Below the pieces are notes generated by a model that was not told the origin of the DNA, made no database searches, and saw only the letters and a program-made list of their open reading frames with translations. Shown piece after piece: positions 41,434 to 55,860 of a stretch of 64,000 bases of DNA (the stretch's first letter is position 1; each line of letters opens with the position of its first letter). Source of the DNA: Octopus vulgaris (taxonomy: Eukaryota); NCBI GenBank assembly GCA_951406725.2, contig OX597823.1, positions 108,128,001 to 108,192,000 of the forward strand. The letters are read 5' to 3'. The position numbers were made by a program, and so were the translations under genes.

Positions 41434-41548
41434 AACAACAAACAAGATGAGGACAAATATCTGTCAAATGTAAATAATCTAAATAATGTAAATAATGTAC
41501 GTAATTCCTCATCTCTTAAATATAGAACTGAATATTTATTTCAGTAGT

Positions 41549-41870
41549 GAAGGCACATGGCCTAGTGGTTAGGGTATTCAGCTCATGATCATAAGGTCGT
41601 CAGTTCGATTCCTGGCATCGCATTGTGTCCTTGAGCAAGACACTTTACTTCACGTTGCTCCAATCCACTCACCTGATAAAAATGAGCAGTACCTGTATTT
41701 CAAAGGACCAGCCTTGTCGCATTCTGTGTCACGCTGAATCTCAGTGAGAACTATGTTAAGGGTACATGTGTCTGTGGAGTGTTCAGCCACTTGCATGTTA
41801 ATTTCATGAGCAGGCTGTTCCGTTGATTGGATCAACTGGAACCCGAATCATCATAACCGACAGAGTGCCA
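41549..41870 (+). mobile_element. SINE family C (tRNA-derived), full length
   Basis: A box tggcctagtgg, B box agttcgattcc, core tgtgtccttgagcaagacact. Confidence 0.85.
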
Positions 41871-43799
41871 ATCAATATTTCAGTAATATTACATCTAATG
41901 GCACGTAAAAAGCACCATCCAATCGTGGCCATTTGCCAGCCTCGCCTGGCCTTCGTGCTGGTGGCACATAAAAAGCACCATCCAACCGTGGCTGTTTGCC
42001 AGCCTCATCTGGCACCTGTGCCAGTGGCACGTAAAAAACACCCACTACACTCATGGAGTGGTTGGCGTTAGGAAGGGCATCCAACTGTAGAAACACTGCC
42101 AGATCAGACTGGGCCTGGTGCAGCCTTCTGGCTTCCCAAACGATAGGCAGTTTATCAATTAAACAGATACATGGAAATTGTAGTTGTGATACCTGTGCTG
42201 GTGGAACCTAAAAATCACCACCCGTATGTGGCCAATGCCAGCGCTGCCTTGACTGGCTTCCATGTCGTTGGCACGTAAAAAGCACCAACCAATCGTGGCC
42301 ATTGCCAGCCTCCCCTGGCACCTGTGCCAGTGGCATGAAAAAGCACCATCCGTACGTGGTCGATGCCAACACCACCTTGACTGGCTTCCGTGCCGGTGGC
42401 ACATAGAAAGCACCAGCTGATCGTGGCCGTTGCTAGCCTCGCCTGGCATGTAAAAGCACCCACTACACTCACGGAATGGTTGGCGTTAGGAAGGGCATCC
42501 AGCTGTAGAAACACTTCCAGATCAGACTGGAGCCTGGTGCAGCCTCCTGGCTTCCCAGACCCCGGTCGAACCATCCAACCCATGCTAGCATGGAAAATGG
42601 ACGGTAAACAACGATGATGATGAGATAGATATATAACAGAAAGAAATGCACCATCTGTGCATCCATTCTTGAAACAGCTGTAAGAGACCATCTGTACACA
42701 TCCCTTTTTTCTGATGATCTATACTCTTGTAACAACTTAACCATTATGTTCAAATACATAAATGTCATCATCCATCAAAATCTAACCTGATGCCAGTTGT
42801 TTGCTTGTTTACACTATCTCTCTCTATATATAAAATCTCTTTGTAAGATTCAACCTGTGAAACTATCATTTTTTTAAACAGGTGGTTATATTCATTTATG
42901 CAAAAAGCAAGTTTAAAAATAAAAACGAAAGAATTAACTAATTATAAAAGATTTCTTTGCAATAATTAGATGCAGAACATTTAATTATTGTCACTTTCAA
43001 TTTACCTACAAAAAAAGGCTTATTTTAATTGCAAATTAAGCTCTTCTTTAGTTGTTGGAATGAAATACATTCGTTAATAATAATTAATTAAAAAGCTAAT
43101 CTAAATTTAGTTTCTGAAATTTTAGACTGGGAGAAAAATAAACGTTGAATTTCTTTACAAATGATCTGAGCAAATAACGCTATTGTTCACCTTTTCCACA
43201 ATTGGACATTACTAAGTAGATCAGAAGTACAGGCAACTTGCCTACCAATGTGTCTCACTACATACCTACAGACATATAGACATACAAACCTGCATTACCT
43301 ATCCATGTACCAATCCTCGTTTGCTTTCTAACAACCTCCATACATTGATATCTATCTATCTACCTACCTATCTATATATCTATCTATCTATCTATCTATA
43401 CATACATACATACATACATACATACATACATACATACATACATACATACATACACATACACACACATACACACAGACTCATACACATACATACACACACA
43501 CATACATACAATATAACTTTCTTCTGTTATGTTAACTATTTTCTTACAGATTTGTTGTGATTGTTTTGTTGCTGTTATGGTTTAACCCTGGGTCAGCCCT
43601 CCTTCAACAGGCCTATGATCAAGGGCATTTCCACTCTTGAACAACCTACCTTTTAATTATACATAGCCTGCTTAGAGGTACATTATCTAACTTTGTGCTT
43701 CCATTTTAAAGCTGTTACATTGAGGTTTAAAAGTGATTTGACTGCTGTTTCTGGTATTTTGTATGACTGTGTCAGTACTTCTTCATCAGCTCTTTATTA

Positions 43800-45004
43800 T
43801 CACTTTTGTTGTTGTTGTTGTTGTTGTTACTGTGGTGATGGAGGTGGTGGGTAGTGGTGGTGGTGGTAGTGGTGGTAGTGGTGGTGGTAATGCTGTTGGT
43901 GGTGGAGGTGGTGGTGGTGGTGATGCTGTTGGTAGTGGAGGTGGTGGTGGTGGTGGTGGTGGTGGTAGTAGTGGTGGTAGTGGTGGTGGAGGTGGTGGTA
44001 GTGGTGGTGGTGGTGGTGATGGTCTTTGCTACTGTTACTGGTAGTGCAATTGTTACTGAAGCTATTGCAGCAGCAGCAGTAGCAGCAGCAGCAGTAGCAG
44101 CAGCAGCAGTTGTTGCTAATACTGCTACCATTGCTATTGTTGTTGCTACTGTTGCTGCTAGCACTGTTGTTGTTGTTGTTGTTGTTATATTCATAACTAC
44201 CAATTTCAATTACTTTAAAAGCTCTATAGAAACTAAAAGGCTATTGTTCCTTGGTGTCCCAAATGTGACAAGCTCAGCCTGCCTCCCCACCGTTATCACC
44301 TCCTTCACCATGGGGACAACCACCACCATCACCCCTGCCCCTTCCACCACTATATAACCCCACATGCTATAAATAACAGCCAAACCTTTTTCAAATCTCA
44401 TCCTACCACTTTAAATATGAAAAGACAACATTGGATAATATAATCTTTTATACACACTGGATACAAAATTGTTTGGGTGGTCAAGTCTGGATTGGCTTGG
44501 ATAATTAATAAGTTTGAACTTTTATCTCTGAAGTTTTATTCAAGAGGCAAAACAGCAAGTGTTACCTATTAACAACTACTGTTAGGTTTTATCATCATCA
44601 ATCATCGATCACCATCAATCAACATTGTCAAATATCATCATCAGTCACCATGAACTCATGAACTGCAATGAGCTGATGGGGCCTCAACATTGTCTCTTCA
44701 CTTGCTAGAAATAGTAACCAAATCTCCCTCAAATCACACTGCCATCTTAGAAAATGGTTAAGTTGGATACAACAGTCCTGAGTTCTCTTCACATTAGAAA
44801 CAAATGGGATGGTCATGGACGGAATGGTGCTTCTCATAGGTCTGCTAGGTCAGGGTTGAGATAGGGCTAATCAACAAAAAGCATCAATGACAACCAATTA
44901 CCATCAACAATCATCACTCACCATCTGTCACAATCACCAACATCATAACAACCATCAACAATCATGAACCGACATCAGCTCCTGTCATCACATCATCATT
45001 AGCA

Positions 45005-45056
<52 letters not shown>

Positions 45057-45550
45057 CCCAACAACTCCTCCCCCCCCCCCACAAGCACCAATCTCCAACC
45101 CCACCTCGGACCACCACCACCACCACCACCATCGTCATTGCTGCCAGCAGCAGGCCCCACCACACCTGAAGCATGGCCAGACATCATCCGACACTTTCTA
45201 TATTTATTGATTAAAAATAGAAATTATGTATATAACGAACGACGTGGGTTAATGGTGGTGGTGGGGGGTGGGGGTGGAGACGGTGACGTCGGTGGTGGCG
45301 GTGGTGGTGTGGGTGATGGCAGTGGTGGTGGTGGTGGTGTGGATGATAAGCATCATCATCATTTGCAGCAGCATGACTATAATTGCTATGAACATGATAT
45401 GTTATTTGTATCACTGTCACTATCATCATCATCATCCCCATCATTATTATCATCATTATCATCATAATCATCATCATCATCTTGATCATGATCATGATCA
45501 AGATCATGATTATGATCATCACCATCATCACCCTCATCACTGTCACTGTT

Positions 45551-45602
<52 letters not shown>

Positions 45603-45676
45603 CCATCATCACCATCATCATCATTATCATCATCATCGTCACCATCACCATCATCACCCTCATCACTGTCACTGTT

Positions 45677-45729
<53 letters not shown>

Positions 45730-45879
45730 TATCATCATCATCATAATCATCATCATCATCATCAACATCATCATCATCATCATCATCAATGCCTCCACCA
45801 TTGTCACCAGCCACACCACAAGCCCCACCACCACCATACCACCACCAACAACAACAACAACAGCAACAACACCACCACC

Positions 45880-45911
<32 letters not shown>

Positions 45912-46030
45912 CACCACCACCACCACCACCACCACCACTACTATTATCACTACCATTATGATTACTGTTTCCACCATCATTAACACCATCACTATCATCA
46001 TCATCACCATCAACATCCACCACCACCACC
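43800..46030. repeat. Trinucleotide-repeat island (GGT, GTT, CAG, CAT, CAC, CAA)
   Basis: Seen directly; source of the poly-V/G/A/H/M/D pseudo-ORFs. Confidence 0.9.
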
Positions 46031-46369
46031 GCCATCCTGAAAATAAAATGCTAAAATAATAATGACTGAATCATATTATCAATTTTTTTTTCATTTTCCA
46101 TTTATTTATTATTTTTTTTGTTTTGCTATTGATTTTTTTTTCTTCTGTGTCTTTTTTATATATTTATATCTAAATAATTGATTGATTTAAATAGTTTTAT
46201 GTGAAAGTAGGAGAGACAAGGAACAGAGAGGGAGGAGGAAGAGAAATTATAGGTAGATAATAGGGAGAGAGAGAGAAGGGTGGGTAGGGGATGTAAGCAG
46301 ATCATGTGTGTGTGGATGTGTGCATGTGTATATGTGTGAGTGCATATGTGTGCATATGTGTGTGCATAT

Positions 46370-46400
<31 letters not shown>

Positions 46401-48889
46401 CATACACACGGACACACATATAGACATGTGTAGATAGATAGAGAGATAGAGAGATAGATTAGGTAGGTAGAACAAAAGAGAGAACAATAGGGAAGAAGAA
46501 GAAGAAGAAGAAGATGAAGAAGAAGAAGGAAAAGGAGAAGGAAAGTAGGTAGTATATAAAAAATGATGAAATAGTGTGTGGGTGGGTAACATGGTAAAAA
46601 CAAAAGTATTGATGGAAGAAATAATATTCAGAATAATAGTTTTGTAATAAAAAATAGATAAAGAATTCCTTTTGTTAATTTTTCAAGTTGTTTAGAATTG
46701 GCAGAGAAAGTGACTGGTTTCTGAAACTGGATGAAACTGGTTTCATGTCCTGACATAACTCCTCTTTGTATTGGAGCTTTTGCTCCACACCTTACCATAT
46801 ACTTATGTATATATAGACAGGTGTGTAAGTATAAGGTGTGTGTATGTGCATATGCATGTATACATATATACATGTATATGTACGTATATACGTATGTATA
46901 TCTATGTACATATATATGTGTGAGCATGTGTGTATGTATACACATATATATGTGTGTGAACATTTGTGTATGTATATACATATATATATGTGTGTGTGAA
47001 CGTGTGTATGTATATACATATATATATGTGTGTGTTTGTGTACTTGTTTGTGTGTGTGTATGTGCATATGCATGTATACATATATACATGTATATGTACG
47101 TATATACATATGTATATCTATGTACATATATATGTGTGTGAGCATGTGCGTATGTATGTACATATATATATGTGTGTGTGTGTTTGTGTATGTGTTTTTG
47201 TGTGTGTATGTGTATATATATATATGCATATGTATGTATGTATATGTATGTATACATGTATGAATAATGAGTTAGAAGCATTGAGAAATTTGAAAATAAA
47301 TAATTAAGAAGTCGCTGCCAGTCAAATGGGGGGGAAAATAATAGGTCCTTTCATATCAAATAAGATACCCTTTGATGACAGAAAAAAATGTGAACAGAAT
47401 GGTTTAGGTGAAGCACATCCTGTATTGTGATAACCATTAGAACTCTCAACTGTTGAATTAAGAAATTAGAATAAAAAGAGAATATTTTTGTTCTTATTTA
47501 GTTTGTTTGAAGCATTCAGAAATTTGAAAATAAGTATTTTGGAAGCTGTTATAATGCAAATGGAGCTATAAATAGTAGGTATGGCTGTGTGGTTGAGAAG
47601 CTAGCTTTGCAGCCGTATGGTTTGAGTTTGGTCCCACTGAGCAGCATCTTGGGCAAATGTCTTCAACAAAAGCCCCAGGGTGACTAACACTTCACCAGTG
47701 AATTTGGTTAACAAGAACTTGTGAAAGTCTCTCAGGCATAGCCATGTGGTAAGATGTTTGCCTCCCAGTCACGTGGTTCCAGGTTCAGCCCTACTGTATG
47801 GTACCTGAGGCAAGTGTCTTCTGCTATAGCCTTGGGCCAACCAAAGCCCTGTGAGGGGATTTGGTTGTCAGAAACTGAAAGAAGCCCATTGTTTCTGCCT
47901 CTCTACTTCTCTGTCACACTCTAACCATTCATCATCTGACACAATTTCCCCTCCCCTAATGCCCCCACTCTTCTCAAAATTCCTTGTCTTGCAAGTTACT
48001 TGGTGACCCTGCTGGAGCTGGTGCCACATAAAAGGCATCCAATCCGCACTGTAATCTGGTTGGCATTTGGGAGGGCATCCAGCTATAAAAATCATGTCGA
48101 AACCAATCTTGCTTGTAGTAGGGCCACATAAAAAGCACTCAGTCCACTCTGCAAGGTGGTTGGTGCTAGGAAGGGCATCCAACCATAAAAACCCTGCCAA
48201 ACCAGACACAGTAGAGCTTAGCTCTTGTCAACCGTCCTACCATGCATGCATGGAAGATGAGCGTTAAACAATGATGATGATGATGATGATGATATAGGTG
48301 ATGTCTGTGTCTTTGTGTCTCTGTCCCCATCACCACTTGACAACTGGTGTTGTGGGTCTTTATGGCCCCTGTAACTTAGTGGTTCAGCAAAAGAGACTGG
48401 TAGAATAACTTCCAAGCTTTAAAGAAAAAAATATTGGGGTGAATTCATTCAACTAAAAAACTCCTTCGAGGCAGTGCTCCACCATGGCCACAGTCTAATT
48501 GATGAAACAAGTAAAAAAAATAAAAGATATATACATGAGTGTGTGTGTATGTGTGTGTGATTTTGCTTGTGATTGTACTCCAACTACCATAACTTAACAG
48601 TTCTGTAAAAGACACTGATAAAATAAGTACAAGGCTTAAGAATAATTATTGGGGTTGACTTGTTTGTCTATCCCCTTCCAGATGGTGCCCCAGCTTAGCC
48701 ACCGTTCAATGACTGAAACATGAGCATGATAGCACCGAAGATGAAAAAGCTGAATGGAATTGTCCCTCGGAATCAAATCCTATATTTGTCATATACCTGA
48801 TGAGGTTTGATATGGTGTGATATTTACCATCATCTTCTGGGAGATGACAGATTCCAAGTATGTAGATCTGTTGCTTCTACCTTGCTGTT

Positions 48890-48965
48890 CTATGTACCAC
48901 AGGACTACCTATGTACCACAGGACTACCTATGTACCACAGGACTACCTATGTACCACAGGACGAC
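48890..48965. repeat. 19-bp tandem repeat, four copies
   Basis: Unit ctatgtaccacaggactac. Confidence 0.92.
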
Positions 48966-49459
48966 TTAATCAGAGTTAACCAGGAATCACAGATCACAAT
49001 GCATTAGAAAAAGGGATCAGTAAGATTGGATTTTAATCCTGTAAGACTTCCATTAGAAAATGAATTTTTCATTCTCTGTTTGTAATCAAAGTAGTTCCAG
49101 CCCAGAGTTTATCTTTTCAAGGATGTTTAGTTTTTGTGTTGAAGTGAAATTGTATGAATATTTAAAAATGTTTTCATTACAATTCTAATTATAACAAAAT
49201 GTCTAACCTGCAATTCGTGTCAATGTATGCGTTTTTATGAAAATTAGACAAACTTGCTATGCAAATTAGGAAGTCCAGTAACCTTACAGTATCTCCGGTT
49301 CATCTTGTTTACTCCTCTTTCCACATCATAAGTTTGGAGAAAGACCTTTTAGAATTTTGTCTCATATGTATATCATCATCATCATCATCATCATCATCAT
49401 TACCGTCATCATCATTATCATCATCATTGTTGTCAATTTCATCATCGTCACCACTGCTA

Positions 49460-50985
49460 CCACCAGGTTGACCCAGTATTCTTTTGATGATTTTTTTGTA
49501 AAGTTGGGTAAGTATTGTTGAAATTCGCCAGGGATACTTGAATTTAGATTGATGGTTATGGTCACTTGGAAGTGTTACATTGATTTTTCTTGGTATTAAA
49601 ATCTCTACTTTGAGATTTCAGTTTTAAATTGAACATGAACTTTGAGATTTTCTGTTGGTAATCCATCCAACAATTGCCAGTATTTCTCATGACTCAAATG
49701 ACATGAATATTTGATTGATCTGAGGCTCTGGTGATAACATATTCAATGAGGCACCAGTTTTTCAATTTCAGGTGCATCCAAGATGTCTTGTGTTTCTTTT
49801 TAAGTCAGAACTTGGCTTTAAATGATGACAAGATGTACCCAGAACAAAAACCCAGCAACGTTAAAAATTTTGGGTAGACATTACCAACACCTTTTCCCCA
49901 TATATTCTTCCAGAGATGATGATTTCTCCAGACTTTGCATTTAAGTCATCATTACATACAGTTTGTTGTGTTTGGGAACTGAATAAAAACATTGATTCAG
50001 GGATGTGTAAAAAGAATTGATTGATATCTGAATTGAAGTCCAGATTCAGAGCATATACATTGACAATGATGATGTGATTTCTTCCTGCAAATGGAAGTAT
50101 CGCAAAGATGATTCATTCATTGATGGCATGAAGAATGATGTTGTTTCATGATGGAATTCTTAATTGAAAATCCAACTCCATGCAGCCTTCAATCTCCATT
50201 TGGCTTTCTTTTTGGAAAATCTGTAACCATCTTTGATTTTTGTTCCTTGTCCTTCATTAGCTAGTCATGTCTCCTTTGATTCTGCAATGTCTTCTAAGGC
50301 CCTTCTAAGCAAGCACTTCGTTATTCAAGGTGAGCAGTGCTGAACAAATAAAATCCCTCTTAAAATGATGACAGTTGCTTCTTCACCACCAGCGACACAG
50401 AAGATATCAAAGAACCTTTCAATATTCACTGCACCTGTTCCTTTTACACTCCTCCTGTCATTTCTGTATTTCTGTTTGAGAAACTGGATTAAGTGGACAT
50501 TATCTGTATGATTTAAGGAATTGTCTGTGGCCTCCAAAGCTGTATAACTTGATTGATCCTTGTCCAGTTCCACAGAATCAATGTAGCTGTGATGATGGAT
50601 GGTGGATCAGCTGTAGTAGCTGCTGAGTACTCAGTTTGTTGAGTGTTGCTTTATTGTCAGCCCAGCTGATGGAGTCATAGTACAGAGATCAAAATTAGCA
50701 ATACTGGCTTACCCTTGCTATTCTGTACCCACCATTGGCAAGGGAGTCTCTCGCTTTTCCCTGAGCTACAGAGACTGGTGCAGCTACTATCCAATACTGG
50801 AACTAGCCTTATTTGAAAGCAACCATACTTACCTTGTCAGAAGCTTCTCTTTGGGACAAAAAGGTCTTTTGGGAATAAGCATTGTCACTTTCTCCTTAGT
50901 AAACCTGATATCGTTGGCCCACGATTGTAGCTAAGTACTATAACTGAAGCTTTTGTTCCCATAAAGAGTAACCCACGGGATGGTA
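49460..50985 (-). pseudogene. Old degraded RTE-type LINE 5' region (AP endonuclease)
   Basis: Minus-strand translation near 49650-49800 gives KHKTSWMHLKLKNWCLIEYVITRASD..CWMDYQ, resembling the RTE APE end (TSWMHP..W..IDYVI..TDH); many stops. Confidence 0.7.
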
Positions 50986-52272
50986 TATGTATATATATAT
51001 ATCTTATATATCTTATATATATATATATCTTTTATATCTATATATATACATCATATATACCTCATATATATCTTTTATATATATATATATATATAGACTC
51101 ATTGCTTTTTTTATATTTTTTTGTAGACCAGGGATCATAATGACCAATATATTCCCCTTTATTTCAGATGGTTAATATGTGATATGAGGGAGATTTGGTT
51201 GATATTTCTTGCAAAAGCAAGCCACCATATAACAGAGGTTCTCCTGTTGGTTCACACATAAGCATGTGCTTGCATGCCCCCACACACACAGACGAACGCA
51301 CGTGCACACATGTGCATGCGCTCACATATATCTATGTGTGAATATTTTTAACTATAATTTGAGGGTAAAATTTAGGAGTGAGCTTCAAATAAAAAAAACC
51401 AAAAATTATTTTAAGCACGCACCTCGAAAAAAATTTAAAAATAAATAAAAAAAGAAATGAATATGGTGGGGGACCTCCTTGTTTGCCGGAACTCTGTAAG
51501 CTCAGCATGATGCCATATCAAAGAGGCTGCCATATACACTATACATGTATTACTGTAAGTCTTCTTGCCACTCCTAGTTTCTCAGCCAACTCAAAATGAA
51601 TTTGATCCTGTACAAAGTACAGTCTCCACAGCAAATGCTTTGTACGTGCAGTCAACAGTGTATGATGGTGTAGGTTAGTACGACTACTGATGTGGTGCGG
51701 TGTTGGGTGTAGGAGCGAATGAGGGTGGGTAGGAGTCTTGTTAATTAGACATGACATTAAATATGGAAATATATTTAGTACATATATCAAATTACTATAA
51801 AGTCACTACTAATTGGCTGTTTCCTTAAGTGATCATGTTTTAGTTGGATATGTGCGTATGCATATATAATGGATGTATATACATACATATTTGCGTACTT
51901 ACGTGTGTGAGAAAAAAAATTGCAAGTATATAGTTTAACTTAAACGTACACATGCACATATGCATATAGATGCATGTGTGTGAGTATATATATATATATA
52001 TATATATACACTGCCCGCACACACACACACATACATATGTATATATATATACATATATACATACGCACATGTTTATCTACTGACATATACATTTACATAT
52101 ATGTTTTTACTGGTTTCAAACATTTGAGGCCATGCTGGGCCCCTGCCATGATATTAAACTCTTACCATTCATATGAGTATGTGTGCATGTGTATGTTTAT
52201 ATGTGTATGTATATATGAGCTTGTGTGTATGTGTGTGTAATTCATATATATTCATATATGTAAAATATATAA

Positions 52273-52306
<34 letters not shown>

Positions 52307-53399
52307 ATACATGCACATTTATATATACACCAGCAGTTTCCAACTTACAAGTATCCTTATAATTCTGAAAGGGTCAGGGAGACCAAATCTTTTAGTTTAG
52401 AAACATTTGATAAAACACAAAACATTCAAGAGTAGGGCTAGAGTGAAGCCACAACAGCAAACGAAAACGGTGTGGGAGATCTCCCCAAGAAAACCATCAA
52501 CTGTTAAGCGTGGTTCATTGAAATGCAATAATAAAAGAAAACCATGGAGATTGATTAATTAACCAACTGAATTGGCATCATAAAACATTGGCAGCTGTTG
52601 GAGGAATTACAACCATGTTTCGTGGGCTGCTACCACAACAGCACTTTTATAGGATCCAGTTAGCTCAAGACATCATCAGGAGGAACCACTTCCGGTTTTG
52701 ACCCCTACTCCTCTACCGTTTTGACGTGGTGGGGTCCCCCTTTCGGAGGTGTCTTCAGCTCTGATGTTGGGTGCATGTCTACTTTCTTCTTCTTTCTTCT
52801 GTTCCCTGGCCTCTTCGATGTATCGTCAGTGAATGTCAGCTGGTGACTGACTGGTCAAAATTTTCCCTTTAAATACCTGCCGCTAGGCTCCAGCAGGCAG
52901 CCCCAGCAAGTTGTCACGTGACACTGTCTCACCTTAACTGGCTAGTGAAGGCGCGTAGTCTTAGCCCACGCATTCTCTAAATGACCGTCACCTGTCAGTC
53001 AGTTGACGGTCGTTTACTAAAAACATACACCACTTATACATACATTTTTTTTTGTTAACCCATGCCGGTTTATAAATTCATTTTGCAGCCATGTGCTTCA
53101 GGTTCAGTCCCACTGCATGGCACCATGGGCAGGTGTCTTCTACTCTGGCAAAATCCTTGTGAAGTATATAGAAACTGAAAGAAGCATGTTATATATGCAC
53201 TTAAATATGTATGTGTGTATGGGTGTATGTGTATGCATGGGTGTATGTGTGGGTGAGAACCTCCTTGTGTTGACATCTCACATTAATTGTAAACAAATGC
53301 CATCATCATTATCATGTAAGTGATGCTGTATATTTGCAATCTCTTGGGAAGACGTGTCCAACCATTGTGATGTTTATGTTTGAAGGACTAGAGGAAATA

Positions 53400-53432
53400 T
53401 TAGGGTTAGGGTTAGGATTAAGGTTAAGGTTA
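53400..53432 (+). repeat. Short degenerate interstitial (TTAGGG)n
   Basis: Sequence ttagggttagggttaggattaaggttaaggtta. Confidence 0.7.
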
Positions 53433-53599
53433 TTTCTTTGCAGGTGAAAGTTGGTAATAAAAAGAACACCTGGCCATAGATAATCTATCTCAATGCATGG
53501 AAATTGGACAGTGATGATGATAATTCATAGAAAGGGTCTGTATTCATGGCCTTTGCAGCATCTCCAAAGTTGAGGAGATTGATGCCATAAACATTTTGC

Positions 53600-54050
53600 A
53601 GAAACTATTGAAGTCGATGACAGCATGCAAATCATGTGTATAAGGGAATTCCAAAGGGCCTTCCCTCATCTAAGACAAAAGGACAGCATAGTGGTTCATA
53701 CAAGACCTGGGCTGGGATCAACAGAGGTGATGAAAAGATGAGAGAGGAATATATATAGGGTGTCAGAGTGGAGATGATATGAGATGAGCCAATTCTGAGA
53801 AGACAAGGCCACCCATTAAGGTAATAGTTAAATAGGCAGAAAGATGCACAGAACATCTGGAGGTCAGAAGAGACAGGATATGTTCATGATTGACTCTAGG
53901 CTAATCAGTAAAGCCTGTCTGTACATGTAGCAGTACCAACAATCCCAAACGGGAGAGCTGTATACTATAAATGATTTCACTGTACATTTGTACATTTACC
54001 TGGGTGTTCAGGAGTCTCACCTCACAATTTGAGAAAGAGGGAGAGAAATA
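53600..54050 (-). pseudogene. Highly degraded CR1/L2/Jockey-group LINE C-terminal fragment
   Basis: Minus strand near 53780-53870 gives ..ASFCLFNYYLNG..SELAHLI, resembling the ASL.LFYRY..G.CS.EL..LI motif. Confidence 0.45.
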
Positions 54051-55295
54051 GGGGGAAGAATAGAGAAAGGTGTTAATGGGTGAAAATGTGTGTACTCTGG
54101 ATGTGTCAGGATTCAAGGGTACTTTAGTATTAATTTGTAAAGTTGTATCATGTTCTGCCTTACATATAAGAGAGAGGTACATCATGTGCTCAGCTTTCTG
54201 TTTATAAAAACAGTGTTTAATCCTTTATGTCATCTTTTGTTAACACCACTGAAGTTTGTAGTTTTTATTTTGATTTCTAGAAAACTAGGTTAGATGGCAG
54301 TTAATAGGTTAATAATCAGCAAGCAGATATGGGGTGATCTGACGATTGTGATCAGATCAGAATCAATAGCTTTAGTAAAGAAAGAGCAATAGAGAAAAAT
54401 AGATTAGATATGAAACTATGAGTAAATTAGAAGAGTAGATTAAGAAACACATCCCAGCAACCATGATAGGGACCATGTTGACTTTTAGGTGTTATTTTAT
54501 TAATGAGAAACACAAAAGCTGCAGTCCCAGAGCTAAAGCTCTAAGACACAGTGGAGCAAAAGCCATTCAATGGTCTTGAAAGAAAGAGGCATGATGTGAT
54601 AACAATGGACTGGGATGGGTGCATGCTGTGAAATTCTGACCTTACTTACAGCTTTACAGTGATGCTTTTCTCAGTGAAGTGATGACAGTAGGGAAGTTCA
54701 TTACCTGCTTTCGATAGCTTACCATGGCTCTTGGCTGAGAATGTGAGCCAAGATACAATTGGCAGTAAGTGGCTATGCAAGGGACAAATCACTAGGCTAC
54801 GATAGTTTGCTCTACAAATATTGAGTACACATACCAAATTTGTTTACATATATCTTAGAAGCAATGCTTACACACACACACCACTGAATATGTGTGTGTG
54901 TATGTATATATATGTATATATATATGATCATCATCATTATCGTTTAACATCTGTTTTCCATGTTGGCATGGGTTGGATGGTTCAACTAGGGTCTGGGAAG
55001 CCAGGAGGCTGCACCTGGCCCCAATCTGATCTGGCAGTGTTTCTACAGCTGGATGCCCTTCCTAATGCGAACCACTCCGAGAATGTAGTAGGTGCTTTTT
55101 AGGTGCCACCGGCACAAGGGTCCAGAGGAGCTGGCCTCAACCACAATCAAATGGTGCTTTTTACGTGTCACCGGCATGGGGCTCACAACTACAATTTCCA
55201 TTTGGTTTGATTTTGATATTGTTGATGTTGATGTATTTGACTCGGCACCAAACACGTTTGGACGTATATATATATATATATAAATATATATATAT

Positions 55296-55334
<39 letters not shown>

Positions 55335-55408
55335 TATATGGATGGATGGATGGATGGATGGATGGATGGATGGATGGATGGATGGATGGATGGATGGATA
55401 TATGGATG

Positions 55409-55470
<62 letters not shown>

Positions 55471-55471
55471 C

Positions 55472-55520
<49 letters not shown>

Positions 55521-55521
<1 letters not shown>

Positions 55522-55860
55522 TTCATACATTAAATTTCTATCTCTAAGGTTATTCAAAAGGGCCACTAGAGTATTGGATGTCTTGCATTTAGAGTTTGTG
55601 AAAGAATTCATGTGAGCTCTATATCTCCTTTTGGAGTCGGTCGTGCTCCCAATATATACCTTCTTCTGGCCATTAGATACAGAAACCAAGCATTTATAGA
55701 CAACGTTGTATGTATATTTATTTCATTGTGTGTTTTAGATTTTGCTTTGGAATTTGTATTGATTGCCTGGATGTGTTCCTTCTATGATTTCCCTTATCCT
55801 TCGATTTAGCTCACAATGAGCACTTCTTAATACACTCCATATATTGTGAAGCATACTTAA
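55521..55860 (-). mobile_element. Penelope-like GIY-YIG fragment
   Basis: KKVYIGSTTDSKRRYRAHMNSF..TL..L..LR; a second, more decayed GIY-YIG tail on + at about 55980-56170 (CVAEK). Confidence 0.75.

Noticed and set aside
44960-46059. Poly-Q/H/M/D proteins
   Set aside because: Pure triplet repeats open in several frames on both strands, with no domain content.
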